Below, one piece after another: positions 19,403 to 31,200 of a DNA stretch of 64,000 nt. The notes beneath the pieces were generated by a model. The model was given only the letters and a program-made list of their open reading frames with translations. It did not search any database and was not told where the DNA came from. The stretch spans positions 2,240,001 through 2,304,000 of the forward strand of contig CBDCDZ010000004.1 in the NCBI GenBank assembly GCA_965215565.1, in the 5' to 3' direction. The number at the start of each line of letters is the position of its first letter. Within the stretch, counting starts at the first letter, position 1. The translations under genes were made by a program, and so were the position numbers. Source of the stretch: Trueperaceae bacterium. Its GTDB lineage: Bacteria; Deinococcota; Deinococci; Deinococcales; Trueperaceae.

Positions 19403-20131
19403 ATGTCCAAGCTTTCTCCGTCCACCTTACGCGGCTACCTCGTGCACGTTTACACCGCCTCGACGCTCATCTTCGTGACGCTGGCAGCGCAGTGGATCAT
19501 CGAGGGGACCTACCGCTGGGCGTTGGCCGCGCTCGCCGTGACCATCATTATCGACGCCACCGACGGCGCGTTGGCGCGCAAGTGGCGCGTGAAGGAGACG
19601 GCGGCGGGCATCGACGGCGAACTGCTCGACAACATCGTGGACTTCGTCTCGTACGTCGTGGTGCCGATGCTCTTTATGCTCCAAGCGCAGATGTTCACCC
19701 CGCCGATGACGCTCTGGATGGCGTTCGCGATGTTCGCGAGTGCGTTCGGGTTCTCGCGCACCACCGCCAAACTCGCCAACGAGGGCTTTTTCGTCGGCTT
19801 CCCCTCGTACTGGAATATCATTGTGTTTTACCTCTACTTGCTCCAGACGCCGCCCTTGCTCAACACGGTGCTCGTCGTGCTGCTCTCGCTCTCAGTGTTC
19901 GTGCCGCTGCGCTTTCTCTATGTGAGCCGCTTGTCCAAGGGGCGCACGCTGCACCTCGGGCTCGGCTTCATCTGGGGTGTTCTGTGCCTCGCAGCACTCG
20001 CCATGGAGGCGAGTACGGTGCGCACGCTCATCTTGTATCTCTCGCTCGTCTACCCGCTCTACTACACGGCGCACTCGCTCCAGCTCGACTTCAAACTGCG
20101 CCAAGAGCAGCGCGAAGCCCTTGCGGACTGA
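19403..20131 (+). CDS. CDP-alcohol phosphatidyltransferase, phosphatidylcholine-synthase-like
   Basis: VHVYTAS, DATDGALAR...DGELLDNIVD, FVGFPSYWN. Confidence 0.85.
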   Translation: MSKLSPSTLRGYLVHVYTASTLIFVTLAAQWIIEGTYRWALAALAVTIIIDATDGALARKWRVKETAAGIDGELLDNIVDFVSYVVVPMLFMLQAQMFTPPMTLWMAFAMFASAFGFSRTTAKLANEGFFVGFPSYWNIIVFYLYLLQTPPLLNTVLVVLLSLSVFVPLRFLYVSRLSKGRTLHLGLGFIWGVLCLAALAMEASTVRTLILYLSLVYPLYYTAHSLQLDFKLRQEQREALAD

Positions 20132-20134
20132 GGG

Positions 20135-20980
20135 TTAGTAAGGCTGCCTGAGCGCGTCCTGAACGGCGCGTATCATGACGCCAATAGGCGCGTCCTCACC
20201 CGTCCACGCTCTGAACGATTCCGCCCCCTGATAGACGAGCATCGGCACGCCGTTCTGCACCTTTAGCCCCTCGCCCTCAGCGTCTTTGAGGAGGCGCGTC
20301 TTTTCGGGGCGGTAGATGAGGTCGCAGACCGTGCCCCGGTTGGGGAGCAGTCCGGGCGGTAGGGGGGAGAGGTTGGGGTTGGTGCCCTCGTGCTCCAAAC
20401 CTACCGAGGTCGTGTTGACCAAGAGGTCCGCGCCGCGCACCGCTGTGTCTAAAGCGCGAAAGTCCACCGCTTCGATGTCGCCGTAGTCACTGAACTCGAG
20501 CCCCAACGTTTCCGCCTTCTCCTGCGTCCGGTTGAATACCTGCAAGCGTTTGACGCCCGCGTTAAGGAGCGCGTAAGCGACCGCCCTACCCGCGCCGCCC
20601 GCGCCCAAGAGCACCGCGCGCAGTCCTCTCGGCTCGAGGTCCGCGTCTTCGATGAGCCCTCTTATAAAACCCGTCGCATCCGTGTTTTCCCCGATCAAGC
20701 GTCCATCTCGGTTGATAATCGTATTCACCGCGCCCATCGCCTGCGCCGCGTCCGTCAGCTCATCCATAAAGGGCAAGACCGTGAGCTTATGCGGCACGGT
20801 GACGTTCGCGCCGTAACTTTCCCCTTCGCGCAACCTCTCCATCACTTCGGGGAGTTGCTCGGAGGTTACGTCTAGCGCCTCGTACGTCGCGTCTAAGCCG
20901 AGTTCAGCGAACGCGGCGTTGTGCATCGCCGGGCTGAGCGAATGCCCAGCCGGATGCGCCAAGAGGTACGCCCGCTTCAC
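20135..20980 (-). CDS. aroE: Shikimate dehydrogenase
   Basis: [36 protein letters not shown]. Confidence 0.95.
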   Translation of the reverse strand: MKRAYLLAHPAGHSLSPAMHNAAFAELGLDATYEALDVTSEQLPEVMERLREGESYGANVTVPHKLTVLPFMDELTDAAQAMGAVNTIINRDGRLIGENTDATGFIRGLIEDADLEPRGLRAVLLGAGGAGRAVAYALLNAGVKRLQVFNRTQEKAETLGLEFSDYGDIEAVDFRALDTAVRGADLLVNTTSVGLEHEGTNPNLSPLPPGLLPNRGTVCDLIYRPEKTRLLKDAEGEGLKVQNGVPMLVYQGAESFRAWTGEDAPIGVMIRAVQDALRQPY

Positions 20981-22053
20981 GCTTCAACAGTTTGGGAAGC
21001 GCCCTGAGATACGGCGTCACGGATGACCTCTTGGATGATGGTGGCAGCCCTCGTCATGTCTTCATCCGTGATGTGATAATGCGTCACCAAGCGAATCGTC
21101 TGCGCGCCGAGCGCGTTGCACAAAACGCCCCTTTCCGCCATCTTTTCAGCAATAGCGGCGGCATTGGGAACGTGAAAGTAAACCATGTTGGTCTGCACGG
21201 TGGATAAGTCCAAGGTGACCTCGGGAAGTTGGACGAGCGCCTCAGCCAAACCCCGCGCCCGCGCGTGGTCCTCACCGAGCCGCCCCGCCATCTCCTCCAC
21301 CGCGATGATACCCGCTGCTGCCAACACGCCCGCTTGCCGCATCCCGCCGCCCAACATCTTGCGGTAGCGGTGCGCCTCTTTGATGAAGTCCTTGGAACCC
21401 AAAAGCACCGTGCCGACGGGCGCGGCGAGCCCTTTGCTCAAGCAGAGGGAGACGGAACCGAAGGGCGCGCACAGTTCAGCTAGGCTCACGTTCAGCGCCG
21501 CCGCTGCGTTCGCTGCCCGCGCGCCGTCTAGGTGAAGTGGTAAACCTTCCTCTCGTGCGAGTTGCGCAACCTCATGGCAGCGCTCCAGAGGCACAACGGT
21601 TCCGCCCGCTTTGTTGTGCGTATTCTCGAGCACGATCATCCCCGTCGGCGCTTGGTGGATGCTGCGATGGACCGCACCTCTTATGTCCTCGACTTCAGGA
21701 GTGCCCAGCGGCGCAGGGACGAGGCGCGGCAGTGCGCCGCTGATGACCGCCATCGCGCCGAGTTCGTACTCGTAGACGTGTGCGCCCTCTGGGACGATGA
21801 CCTCTTGCCCGCGCTTGGTGTGCACAGCGATGGCGATTTGGTTACTCATCGTGCCTGACGGCATCAAAAGTCCCGCCTCAAAGCCCGTACGTTCAGCCAG
21901 CATCTCTTGAAGCTTGTTGACGGTAGGGTCTTGTCCGTACACATCGTCGCCGACGTGCGCGTCCATCATCGCGCGGCGCATTTTTGGGGTGGGTTGGGTG
22001 ACGGTGTCGGAGCGTAGATCAATAGGGGAGTCAGTAGAATCGGTCGTTTGCAT
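20977..22053 (-). CDS. ltaE: Low-specificity L-threonine aldolase
   Basis: [29 protein letters not shown]. Confidence 0.95.
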   Translation of the reverse strand: MQTTDSTDSPIDLRSDTVTQPTPKMRRAMMDAHVGDDVYGQDPTVNKLQEMLAERTGFEAGLLMPSGTMSNQIAIAVHTKRGQEVIVPEGAHVYEYELGAMAVISGALPRLVPAPLGTPEVEDIRGAVHRSIHQAPTGMIVLENTHNKAGGTVVPLERCHEVAQLAREEGLPLHLDGARAANAAAALNVSLAELCAPFGSVSLCLSKGLAAPVGTVLLGSKDFIKEAHRYRKMLGGGMRQAGVLAAAGIIAVEEMAGRLGEDHARARGLAEALVQLPEVTLDLSTVQTNMVYFHVPNAAAIAEKMAERGVLCNALGAQTIRLVTHYHITDEDMTRAATIIQEVIRDAVSQGASQTVEA

Positions 22054-22089
22054 AGCGTTATTCTACCTATGCTCTCTGTGCCGAGGGTG

Positions 22090-22632
22090 TTAGACGCGCT
22101 CGAGCCCCCTACGCGCTCCAGCCGGAAGCTCCACCCGAATCGGATCGTTGACCCTGACCTCACCGCCCATAAGCACCACGCTCATCACGCCCGCCTTGCG
22201 AATCAGGTTGCCCTCTTCGTCGTGGTCGAGCACCGCTTTCATCAGCCCGCCTTGAAACTTATCGAGTTGCGCACAAGGGTTACGCAAGCCGGTTAGTTCC
22301 AACACTACCTCTTCACCGATGTAAAGCCGCGCACCCCTCGGCAGAGCGAGCAAGTCAACCCCTCTTGTCGTGATGTTCTCGCCCATATCGCCCGCCGCAA
22401 CGTCAAAGCCTTTTGCGCGTAGTTCGTCGTGAAGCTCCGTATGGATGAGATGAACTTGTCGCAAGTTAGGCTGCGTGGGGTCGGCGGCGACTCTCGAGCG
22501 GTGCTTGACCGTTTCGCCCATGTGCGCGTCGCCTTCGACGCCCAGACCCTTCAAGAGTCGGATGCTCGTTTGGTTGGTTTTGCTGAAGGTATGCGCTTTG
22601 CTGCGGCTGACGGCGGTGACTTTGGTGTTCAT
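22090..22632 (-). CDS. MOSC domain protein
   Basis: GVEGDAH, GENITT, TGLRNPC. Confidence 0.9.
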   Translation of the reverse strand: MNTKVTAVSRSKAHTFSKTNQTSIRLLKGLGVEGDAHMGETVKHRSRVAADPTQPNLRQVHLIHTELHDELRAKGFDVAAGDMGENITTRGVDLLALPRGARLYIGEEVVLELTGLRNPCAQLDKFQGGLMKAVLDHDEEGNLIRKAGVMSVVLMGGEVRVNDPIRVELPAGARRGLERV

Positions 22633-22644
22633 ACTCGCGCCTCT

Positions 22645-23118
22645 CTAAAAGAGCGTTTCGTCCTCTTGTCGTATCTTAAAAAGCGCTTTCGGATAACGGT
22701 TTAGAAGGGGCGAATCAGGGAAATCTTCGGGATGCGCGTAGCAAAGCTCCAAGGATTCTCCGTCCAGCCCATTTAGGGTGCCACCTATTACTTTACATAG
22801 AAAAGCGACGGTTGTGACCTCGAGCCTGTCTCCATTCGGATAAGTATGACGATGATTCGTACCGCCGAACACGCCCGCCACCTTTTTGGGCACGACATGA
22901 AGCCCTGTTTCTTCATAAACCTCGCGCACAACCGCCTCGGCTGGCGTTTCACCGGGGTCAATCGCGCCACCAGGTGCACACCACGTACCGTCATCACGTC
23001 TTTTCTGCAAAAGAACGCGCCCGTTATCATCGTAGATAATCGCCATTACGCCAGGATTGAGAATTAGCTCATGCCCAATGGCGGCGCGTATCTTTTTGAG
23101 ATATTCAGAAATCGGCAA
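22645..23118 (-). CDS. NUDIX hydrolase
   Basis: Nudix box GGAIDPGETPAEAVVREVYEETGL. Confidence 0.9.
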   Translation of the reverse strand: MPISEYLKKIRAAIGHELILNPGVMAIIYDDNGRVLLQKRRDDGTWCAPGGAIDPGETPAEAVVREVYEETGLHVVPKKVAGVFGGTNHRHTYPNGDRLEVTTVAFLCKVIGGTLNGLDGESLELCYAHPEDFPDSPLLNRYPKALFKIRQEDETLF

Positions 23119-23119
23119 G

Positions 23120-24082
23120 CTACGCGCCGACTAACGACTCTTGCTCGCTCACGTACCACTCCCAAAAGCGCTCCACGCCCTCTTGCACCGAAACGGTGGG
23201 GTTGAAGCCTAGAAGCTCCCTCGCCTTACTCGTGTCGGCGTAGGTGACGTAGACATCGGCGGGCAGTTTGGGCTGCGGGTTGAGGTTCGCTTTTTTGCCT
23301 GCAATCTTCTCCATCGTCTCGATAAAGTCCGCGAGAGGCAGCGGCTCGCCGCGCCCTAAATTGATAATTTCGTAGCCCAAGGGTTTGTCAATCGCGGCGA
23401 CGAGACCTTTGGCGATGTCCTCCACGAAGGTCCAGTCGCGGCGCATGTCGCCCTCGTAAAGAGGGATTTGCTTGCCCTTGTAGATGCTTTCCGCCAAGAG
23501 GTAGGGCATCATATCGGGGCGTCCATTGGGACCGTACACGGTGAAAAAGCGCGTTGCGGTGAAGTTCAGATTGTAGAGCGTATGGTAGGTGTAGCCCAAG
23601 AGTTCGGCGGCGCGTTTGGCGGCGGCGTAGGGCTGCGGGGGCTTTAAGCAGGGGTCCGTTTCGACAAAAGGAATCGTCTCGGTGCTGCCGTAAATCGAAG
23701 AGGTCGAGGCGAAGACGAAATTGCCCACGCCCGTCTCCAGTGCCGCGTCCATGAGGTGCTGCGTCCCGTTAAGGTTGACCTCCATATACAGCGCGGGATT
23801 CTGGACCGAGTTGCGCACGCCCGCCATCGCCGCGATGTTCGCCACCACATCGAAGTTCTCGTCCCTGAAGAGGTCTTTGACCTCGTCGCGGTTACGGATG
23901 TCACCCTTAACCATCCTGAAGAGGTCGTACTGAGCCAACCGCTTTGCGTTGGCCCGCTTTTTCGCGGGGTCGTAGTAGTCGTTGAAGTTGTCTAGACCGA
24001 CGATGGTGTCGCCGCGTTCTAAGAGCATCTGGGCGGTGTGGCTGCCGATAAAACCGGCTGCGCCTGTAACGAGAATTTTCAT
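23120..24082 (-). CDS. NAD-dependent nucleotide-sugar epimerase (UDP-glucuronate 4-epimerase-like)
   Basis: TGAAGFIG, YAAAK, RFFTVYGPNGRPDM. Confidence 0.9.
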   Translation of the reverse strand: MKILVTGAAGFIGSHTAQMLLERGDTIVGLDNFNDYYDPAKKRANAKRLAQYDLFRMVKGDIRNRDEVKDLFRDENFDVVANIAAMAGVRNSVQNPALYMEVNLNGTQHLMDAALETGVGNFVFASTSSIYGSTETIPFVETDPCLKPPQPYAAAKRAAELLGYTYHTLYNLNFTATRFFTVYGPNGRPDMMPYLLAESIYKGKQIPLYEGDMRRDWTFVEDIAKGLVAAIDKPLGYEIINLGRGEPLPLADFIETMEKIAGKKANLNPQPKLPADVYVTYADTSKARELLGFNPTVSVQEGVERFWEWYVSEQESLVGA

Positions 24083-24265
24083 AGTGTGGCTCCTAAACCG
24101 AGGTTGCTCTGAATTTCCATGAGTTACCTAAAGACCGAGGCAAGTCGCTCGTGCTCGAGCCTACCCGAAATTCACATGAAGCGATATGAACAATGTGGCT
24201 TTTTTCGCGTGAAAGCTCGTCAGCTAGTCGGGGTTTTAGCGGGTCAGGTTTTCGGTTTTCCCTGA

Positions 24266-25615
<1,350 letters not shown>

Positions 25616-25700
25616 CTTTATCGTCACCACTTTCAACTGCGACACACCTATATTTACTATAGATGTGTAACTCAATATTGGGCACCTTGACCGCGCCGTT

Positions 25701-25923
25701 TAGAGCAGTTTAGCAAGCAAACCTCAACATGCCTGACAGATAGGGAGCGGTGCAAAGCAAATCCCCCTCGAGTCGCTTCTTATTCGAGGGGGGTTGCTCA
25801 GGGTAAATGGCGTACTCGGACGTACTCGCGCAGTATCTCTTTTTCTACATGAAGGAGGATGACGCTAAGGTGAAGCTCATGAGAGAGCGAGGTTGGCGTT
25901 TAGATCGCTCGAATTGCGCTCTA
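25701..25923. repeat. Possible TAGAGC-ended miniature element with an internal hairpin
   Basis: TAGAGCAGTT...AATTGCGCTCTA ends; internal CCCCCTCGA/TCGAGGGGG stem; right end coincides with the blh stop codon. Confidence 0.35.
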
Positions 25924-26991
25924 ATGAGTTTTTGATGAGGTGAGGCTAGGCGTGCTATTCGGCTCTAAGTCCATCATCGCCACCACAACGAGGTGCGGTT
26001 TCGTCAGCGCGCTGATCAAGATGAGGTAGAGCGCGACGAAGCCCTCTAAAGAGATGATTCTCTCCGCGTTGAAGAGGTAGAACCCGCTCAGCAAGCAGAG
26101 AGCGGCGAAGGTGACGGGCAAGAGGTCTAGGGTGAGCCGCCTGACGGGAGGATACAGGTGCCCCTGGGCGACTTGCGCCGCGTCCCTCGGATGCAGGATG
26201 AGAAGACGCCCCAAATGCCTCAGCGAGTGCCAGAAGAGGAAGTAAACGCCTATGGACATGTACGCGGGTACAAGCGTGAAAAGCAGAATGAGGAGAAGAA
26301 CTTCTGCGCCGTCTACCGCGAGCAGTTGGGCATTCGGCGCAGCGCGCACCGCGTTAAATGCGTAAGCAAGCAGCCCTACTGTGAGTAAACAGAGGAGCGG
26401 GACGACGAGCCAGGGCGAGGTGAGCGTGAGCGTCGTATCAGCCAGCCCGAGTCCCGTAGCGGCGTGGCGGTACAAGCTTTCGGCGGTCTCGGGAAAGGCC
26501 AAAACGGGCAGTACGATGGGCAAGCTGCCCCGCACCAAAAGCGTCACCCAAGCGCCCCAACGCGTTGGGCGCGCTCTCCCTAAGAAAATCTCCAAAAAGC
26601 GCTGATCGCCCTGACCCCAGTGCCACACCGTCGCGGCTAGAAAGCCGATAAATGCAACTGCCGGTTGCCAGAGCCAGAGCCCCAGGTAGAGCGCCGCCAC
26701 CGCGACGTAGGCCAGCAGGTAGAGGGCGACGCCCAGGGGTTTACGCCCCCAGGTGAGCCCGAGCCGCGCCGGGATGAGGTGGTCTAGTGCGCCGTGCGGC
26801 AGACCTAAAAGCACGATACCTAATAGGAGCGGGTAGAGCGCGTACGTTTCGGTAAGGTGCGGCGCGGCGAGTTGTAAGCCCAGCGCGAGCAGGACGAAAG
26901 AGGCTGGCACAACCGTTAGGAAGGGGGCGAGCCGTACCTCTGCGCCCACACGCTGGTTCCTTCTCACTGCACCTGAACTGAACTCGAGCAT
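25921..26991 (-). CDS. blh: Brp/Blh-family beta-carotene 15,15'-dioxygenase
   Basis: Four His motifs GLPHGALDH, WHWGQGD, FWHSLRH and LTKPH in a polytopic membrane protein. Confidence 0.88.
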   Translation of the reverse strand: MLEFSSGAVRRNQRVGAEVRLAPFLTVVPASFVLLALGLQLAAPHLTETYALYPLLLGIVLLGLPHGALDHLIPARLGLTWGRKPLGVALYLLAYVAVAALYLGLWLWQPAVAFIGFLAATVWHWGQGDQRFLEIFLGRARPTRWGAWVTLLVRGSLPIVLPVLAFPETAESLYRHAATGLGLADTTLTLTSPWLVVPLLCLLTVGLLAYAFNAVRAAPNAQLLAVDGAEVLLLILLFTLVPAYMSIGVYFLFWHSLRHLGRLLILHPRDAAQVAQGHLYPPVRRLTLDLLPVTFAALCLLSGFYLFNAERIISLEGFVALYLILISALTKPHLVVVAMMDLEPNSTPSLTSSKTH

Positions 26992-27361
26992 TCACCAAAC
27001 TTTACGGCACGCAGGGCGAGAAGTAAAGGTTCGTTTCTTACAGTTCGCCTTCTGAAGCGTTCTTGGCTGCAACTCCTGCGGTAGAGGGGAGTTTGATGCT
27101 AGATAGCAGGCCAGCTTCGCGAGCTACCGTTGATACCGCTGCTTCAACTCTTAAAACGCCTAGTTCTTGAAAGATACGCCTTGTACCAGCGCTGCAAACC
27201 CGGGGTGTGCGTACTGCTCTAACTTTGTCTATCGCATTGTGAAAAATCCTCTAAACGGTGTCACCCAAGTGCTTGTGGTTTTTCGAACATCCTCGCCCTA
27301 CACAGTCTCTAAGTACAGGTGTATCTATAGCGGAATAGGGATTCTATGCTTCACTAAGTTT

Positions 27362-27760
27362 ATGAACGCGCAGCGTACGAGTCAAAATTTAGCGCACAGC
27401 GCATCGACGAGATGGGCAAGCTTAGAGACGGAATATGGGGTTACGATGAGCATAGAGGCAGAATTCAACGAGTTGGAAAGGGCGTTTGGCGTCGCGGCTG
27501 AAGCGACGGAGCACCTGCTCGGCGAGTACGCGCTTTTTGTGCTCGAGCACGAAGAGGTCACTGCATTTTTGCAAGATTATCTTTGCGCGCTCAAATACGA
27601 TTTTGGGCTCGCGCTTTATAATTTCGACGGCAAACGCGCCGAAGAACTTTTAGAGGACGTTCAGACGCTCTTCGGTGAAGCGCAGCTCAAGGTCAACCGA
27701 GGGGTTATCCCCTCCCCCCAGCAGGTGAGCCATACCGTGCTCAGCAAGACGGGCTGGTAG
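27362..27760 (+). CDS. Hypothetical protein (start uncertain: 27362 or 27446)
   Basis: Protein-like acidic/helical C-terminal portion of ORF 27167..27760. Confidence 0.5.
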   Translation: MNAQRTSQNLAHSASTRWASLETEYGVTMSIEAEFNELERAFGVAAEATEHLLGEYALFVLEHEEVTAFLQDYLCALKYDFGLALYNFDGKRAEELLEDVQTLFGEAQLKVNRGVIPSPQQVSHTVLSKTGW

Positions 27761-27771
27761 GAAGCTTACTT

Positions 27772-28305
27772 TCAGCCTGTCCTCACGTATACGAAGCGGC
27801 TCAGCAGTGCACCGAGTAGAAGGCTCGGCAGCGCGATATAGACGAGCAGCGGGTCGGCTGTCACCTCGGGGCGGAAGAACTTGACGAGTTCGACGCCTAG
27901 CGCGAGAGAGCCTCCTGCAACGAGCGCAATGACGAATGCTTGCGGCGTCCCCCTACGAAACAGCCAAGAGGTCAAGAAGTACCCGAACGTCAGGTAGAAC
28001 ATTCCGTGAATTACCTGCGAGAACGTATCCGTCTCCTGCTCGGGTAAGACCGCTTGCAGCGCAATAATCACCACCGTCATCAGCACGTAGATACCCGCCC
28101 AACGCTGCTGCCGCCTGGCTTTCTCTGTAGATTTCCCCGTGAATTTCTCCGCGGCTTTTTCGTTGCGCGGCTCGAGCTTTTCTTTCTTAGGTGCGGGTTT
28201 AGCGGTCTGCACTCTCTTCGTCTGCCGCGACCCTCGGCGCTTATCGCGCTCCTTCTCGCGCTTTTTGTCAGATTTTTCGGTGGCTCTGCGGAGTTGCCTG
28301 TTCAT
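27772..28305 (-). CDS. Membrane protein with basic N-terminal tail
   Basis: MNRQLRR start 6 nt after TACAGT; 4 TM helices. Confidence 0.7.
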   Translation of the reverse strand: MNRQLRRATEKSDKKREKERDKRRGSRQTKRVQTAKPAPKKEKLEPRNEKAAEKFTGKSTEKARRQQRWAGIYVLMTVVIIALQAVLPEQETDTFSQVIHGMFYLTFGYFLTSWLFRRGTPQAFVIALVAGGSLALGVELVKFFRPEVTADPLLVYIALPSLLLGALLSRFVYVRTG

Positions 28306-28359
28306 AAGGTTACTGTAACAGGTTAAGGGACGCGCCGCCGTTCGCTGGTACGGAACGGA

Positions 28360-28407
28360 GAGCAATGAGTAAAAATCTTTAGACTCATTGCTCGTTTCTC
28401 ATTGCTC
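28360..28407. repeat. GAGCAAT/ATTGCTC heptamer-repeat hairpin
   Basis: GAGCAATGAGT...ACTCATTGCTCGTTTCTCATTGCTC. Confidence 0.75.
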
Positions 28408-28445
28408 GCTCTCCTGTGCAGCAACTTCCCACTCCACGGGTAGCG

Positions 28446-29801
28446 CTAGTCCGACAACGCCACATTCGCCGCCACTAAGAGTGAATCCCACACGCCGCTA
28501 AAGGGCGGTGCGTACGCCATGTCGAGGTCGGCTAGGTCGGCGAGGGTGCCGCCTTTGAGGAGGAGCGCGGCGATAGCGTCCACGCGCTTGACGGCGTCGC
28601 CGTAGCCCGCGAGCTGTGCGCCCAGCAGTTTTTGCGAGCCTTTCTCCCAGACGAGCGTGACGGTGAGGGGCGACTTGTCGGGGTAGTAGCCCGCGTGGTC
28701 CGTGTCTTCGATGCAGAGGCTCTCTGCGTCGAAGCCCGCCTCCTGCGCGGCTTGCTCGTTAAGACCCGTCGTCGCAAAGGCGCGCTCAAAAACCTTGGTG
28801 ACGGCGGTGCCTAAAACGCCCTTGAACGACGCCTCTTTGCCCGCGATGACCGTGCCCGCCACGCGCCCCTGCTTGTTCGCGGTGTCGCCTAAGGGCAGCC
28901 AGGTCGGTTTGCCTGTAAGCATATGACGCGCCGCTGTCACGTCGCCTACGGCGTAGATGTCCGCTACGTTCGTGCGCAGCTTTTCGTCCGTTAAGATGGC
29001 GTTATTTGGTCCAAGCTCGAGCCCCAACCCCTTCGCCAACTCACTGTTCGGCTTCACACCCGCCGCCATAATCACGAGGTCGGCGTTTAGCGTCTCCTCT
29101 CCCTCACCCGTTTTCATGACGACGCGCTCGACGCTGCCATCCCCTTCGAAGCTGGTGACTTCGGTGCCTAAGTAGACATCCACGCTGTTGTCTTTAAGCT
29201 CGCAGCGGGCGATTTCGGAGTAGTCGGGGGTAATGGACGCCAAGAGGTGCTCGGACCTTTCGGCGACGCTCACATGGAGCCCGGCTAGCGTGAGGGCTTC
29301 CGCCATCTCGAGCCCGATATACCCCCCACCTACGATGACCGCGCGCGCCGCACCCTCAGTCGCTTTCGCAATCGCCGCCGCGTCCTCCATACGCCGCAAG
29401 GTATAGATGTTCTCCAGGTCCATTCCCGGTAAATCCGGTCTAATGGCTTGTGCTCCCGTCGCTAGCACCAAGACGTCGTAAGACACACTAAAGGTATCGC
29501 CCGACTCCAGGTTCTTGACCTCGAGCGTGCGGTTCTCGTGGTCTATGTCTGTCACCTCGTGGCGCACCTTGACCTCGACGCCCTGCTCCGCCATCTCCTC
29601 GGGCGAACGCGAGACCAACTTCTCCAAATCGGGGATCAGCCCGCCGATGACGTAGGGCATCCCGCACGCCCCGTATGAAATGTAGTGGCTCCGCTCGAAC
29701 ACGGTGACCTCGAGGTCAGGGTTCTCCCGCTTAGCCTTCGACGCCGCGCTCATGCCCCCCGCGACACCTCCGATAATGAGGACTTTCTTTGTGTTGGACA
29801 T
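28446..29801 (-). CDS. FAD-dependent CoA-disulfide reductase / NADH oxidase family protein
   Basis: GGVAGGMSAA, SYGACGMPY, GGGYIGLE, YAPPFS. Confidence 0.9.
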   Translation of the reverse strand: MSNTKKVLIIGGVAGGMSAASKAKRENPDLEVTVFERSHYISYGACGMPYVIGGLIPDLEKLVSRSPEEMAEQGVEVKVRHEVTDIDHENRTLEVKNLESGDTFSVSYDVLVLATGAQAIRPDLPGMDLENIYTLRRMEDAAAIAKATEGAARAVIVGGGYIGLEMAEALTLAGLHVSVAERSEHLLASITPDYSEIARCELKDNSVDVYLGTEVTSFEGDGSVERVVMKTGEGEETLNADLVIMAAGVKPNSELAKGLGLELGPNNAILTDEKLRTNVADIYAVGDVTAARHMLTGKPTWLPLGDTANKQGRVAGTVIAGKEASFKGVLGTAVTKVFERAFATTGLNEQAAQEAGFDAESLCIEDTDHAGYYPDKSPLTVTLVWEKGSQKLLGAQLAGYGDAVKRVDAIAALLLKGGTLADLADLDMAYAPPFSGVWDSLLVAANVALSD

Positions 29802-29873
29802 AAGGATAAGTCTACGCCCGCACCGCACCGCGCGCCGTAGCGCGCCCTTTCTTTCGTGCTACACTTTGGGATT

Positions 29874-31061
29874 GTGACTCAGGATTTTGCGGACGCTGCT
29901 GCCGAGACGAACCGGAGATTGCTCGAGCTAGCCCAAACCTACGGCACGCCGACGTACGTTTATGATTTAGACAGGGTGAGCGCTCAGGTGGACGCACTGC
30001 GTGGGGCGTTGCCCGGAGCGGACCTCCATTACGCCGTAAAAGCCAACCCCTGCGGCGCGGTGCTGCGGCATCTGGCGAAGCAAGGGCTCGGCGCTGAGGT
30101 CATCACCTTAGGCGAGTTGGAGCGGGCGCTCCGTGCGGGCTTCCCGCCTGAACGCATCCTCTTGGGTGGACCTAAACAAGACGCCGCGCTCAGAAGTCGC
30201 GCTGTTCAAGCAGGCGTTAAACTAGTGAGTTTAGACAGTGTGTCGCAGTGGAGAGGATGGGAGCAGGCCTTTCAAGGTCAAGAGGTCAACGTGCGTTTCC
30301 TCGTGCGCCTCAACCCTGCACTCGACCCCTGTACGCACGAACATCTGGCGACGGGAGCAGCCGAGTCCAAGTTCGGAATGACGCTAGGCGAGGCGCAAGA
30401 GGTTGCCGAGGCGTTGGGCGATAAACTTTCAGGCTTTCACGTCCACGCGGGCTCGCAAATCGCCGAGATGAGCGTTTACGATGAGATTTTCTCTACGCTC
30501 AGACCTCTTTACGAACGCTTCAGGGGTGCTGACACGCTCGACTTGGGCGGTGGCTTCGTAGTGCCGAACTTTCCTCTGACGCGGTTTGCGGAAAAGGTTT
30601 CGAGTCTCGAAGATTTAGACGTGAAGTTGATTTTAGAGCCCGGACGCTACCTCGTCGCGCAGAGCGGCGTGCTGCTCACCCAAGTCCTCCACGTTAAAGA
30701 GGGCGCACGCCGCCATATCATTGCCGACGCGGGCATGGCGGATTTGCTTCGCCCCGCCCTCTACGGCGCGGCGCACCCAATTCGCGTGCTCACCTCAGAT
30801 GGAGACGTCGGTATGAACGAAGTGGACGTGGACGGACCGCTCTGCGAAAACGCGGACCGCTTAGGGCGCGGCGTTCGGCTTCCCGAGGTGAAAAGTGGTG
30901 ACCTCTTGGCGGTACGGGAGGCGGGCGCGTACGGCTTCACGATGGCGTCGAACTACGCCTCGTCGCTGCGCCCGGCTGAGGTCGTCGTTCAAAGCGGCGA
31001 GGCGCGGCTGGCGCGGCGGCGCGAAGAGGTTGAGGACTTGTGGCGGCTCGAGTGTGATTAG
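29874..31061 (+). CDS. lysA: Diaminopimelate decarboxylase family (group IV PLP decarboxylase)
   Basis: YAVKAN, SKFG, HVHAGSQ, EPGRYLV, GPLCE, GAYG. Confidence 0.85.
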   Translation: MTQDFADAAAETNRRLLELAQTYGTPTYVYDLDRVSAQVDALRGALPGADLHYAVKANPCGAVLRHLAKQGLGAEVITLGELERALRAGFPPERILLGGPKQDAALRSRAVQAGVKLVSLDSVSQWRGWEQAFQGQEVNVRFLVRLNPALDPCTHEHLATGAAESKFGMTLGEAQEVAEALGDKLSGFHVHAGSQIAEMSVYDEIFSTLRPLYERFRGADTLDLGGGFVVPNFPLTRFAEKVSSLEDLDVKLILEPGRYLVAQSGVLLTQVLHVKEGARRHIIADAGMADLLRPALYGAAHPIRVLTSDGDVGMNEVDVDGPLCENADRLGRGVRLPEVKSGDLLAVREAGAYGFTMASNYASSLRPAEVVVQSGEARLARRREEVEDLWRLECD

Positions 31062-31115
31062 GGGAAAGGTGGTTTCGTGAGGCGTAACATTGAGCGGGAC
31101 GACTCTTGGAGGCTT

Positions 31116-31176
31116 TTAGCCGTTAGCGGTTAACCGTTAGCTCTTGCTTTTAAGCTAACAGCTCATACCTAACTGC
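31116..31176. repeat. TTAGCnn heptamer-repeat hairpin (family 2)
   Basis: TTAGCCG TTAGCGG TTAACCG TTAGC...GCTAACAGCTCATACCTAAC. Confidence 0.6.
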
Positions 31177-31200
31177 CCAAACATCGTATCCTCAATCTCT

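Noticed and set aside
27167..27361. N-terminal 65 codons of ORF 27167..27760
   Set aside because: TTG start with a Cys-rich, non-protein-like composition; looks like promoter DNA.
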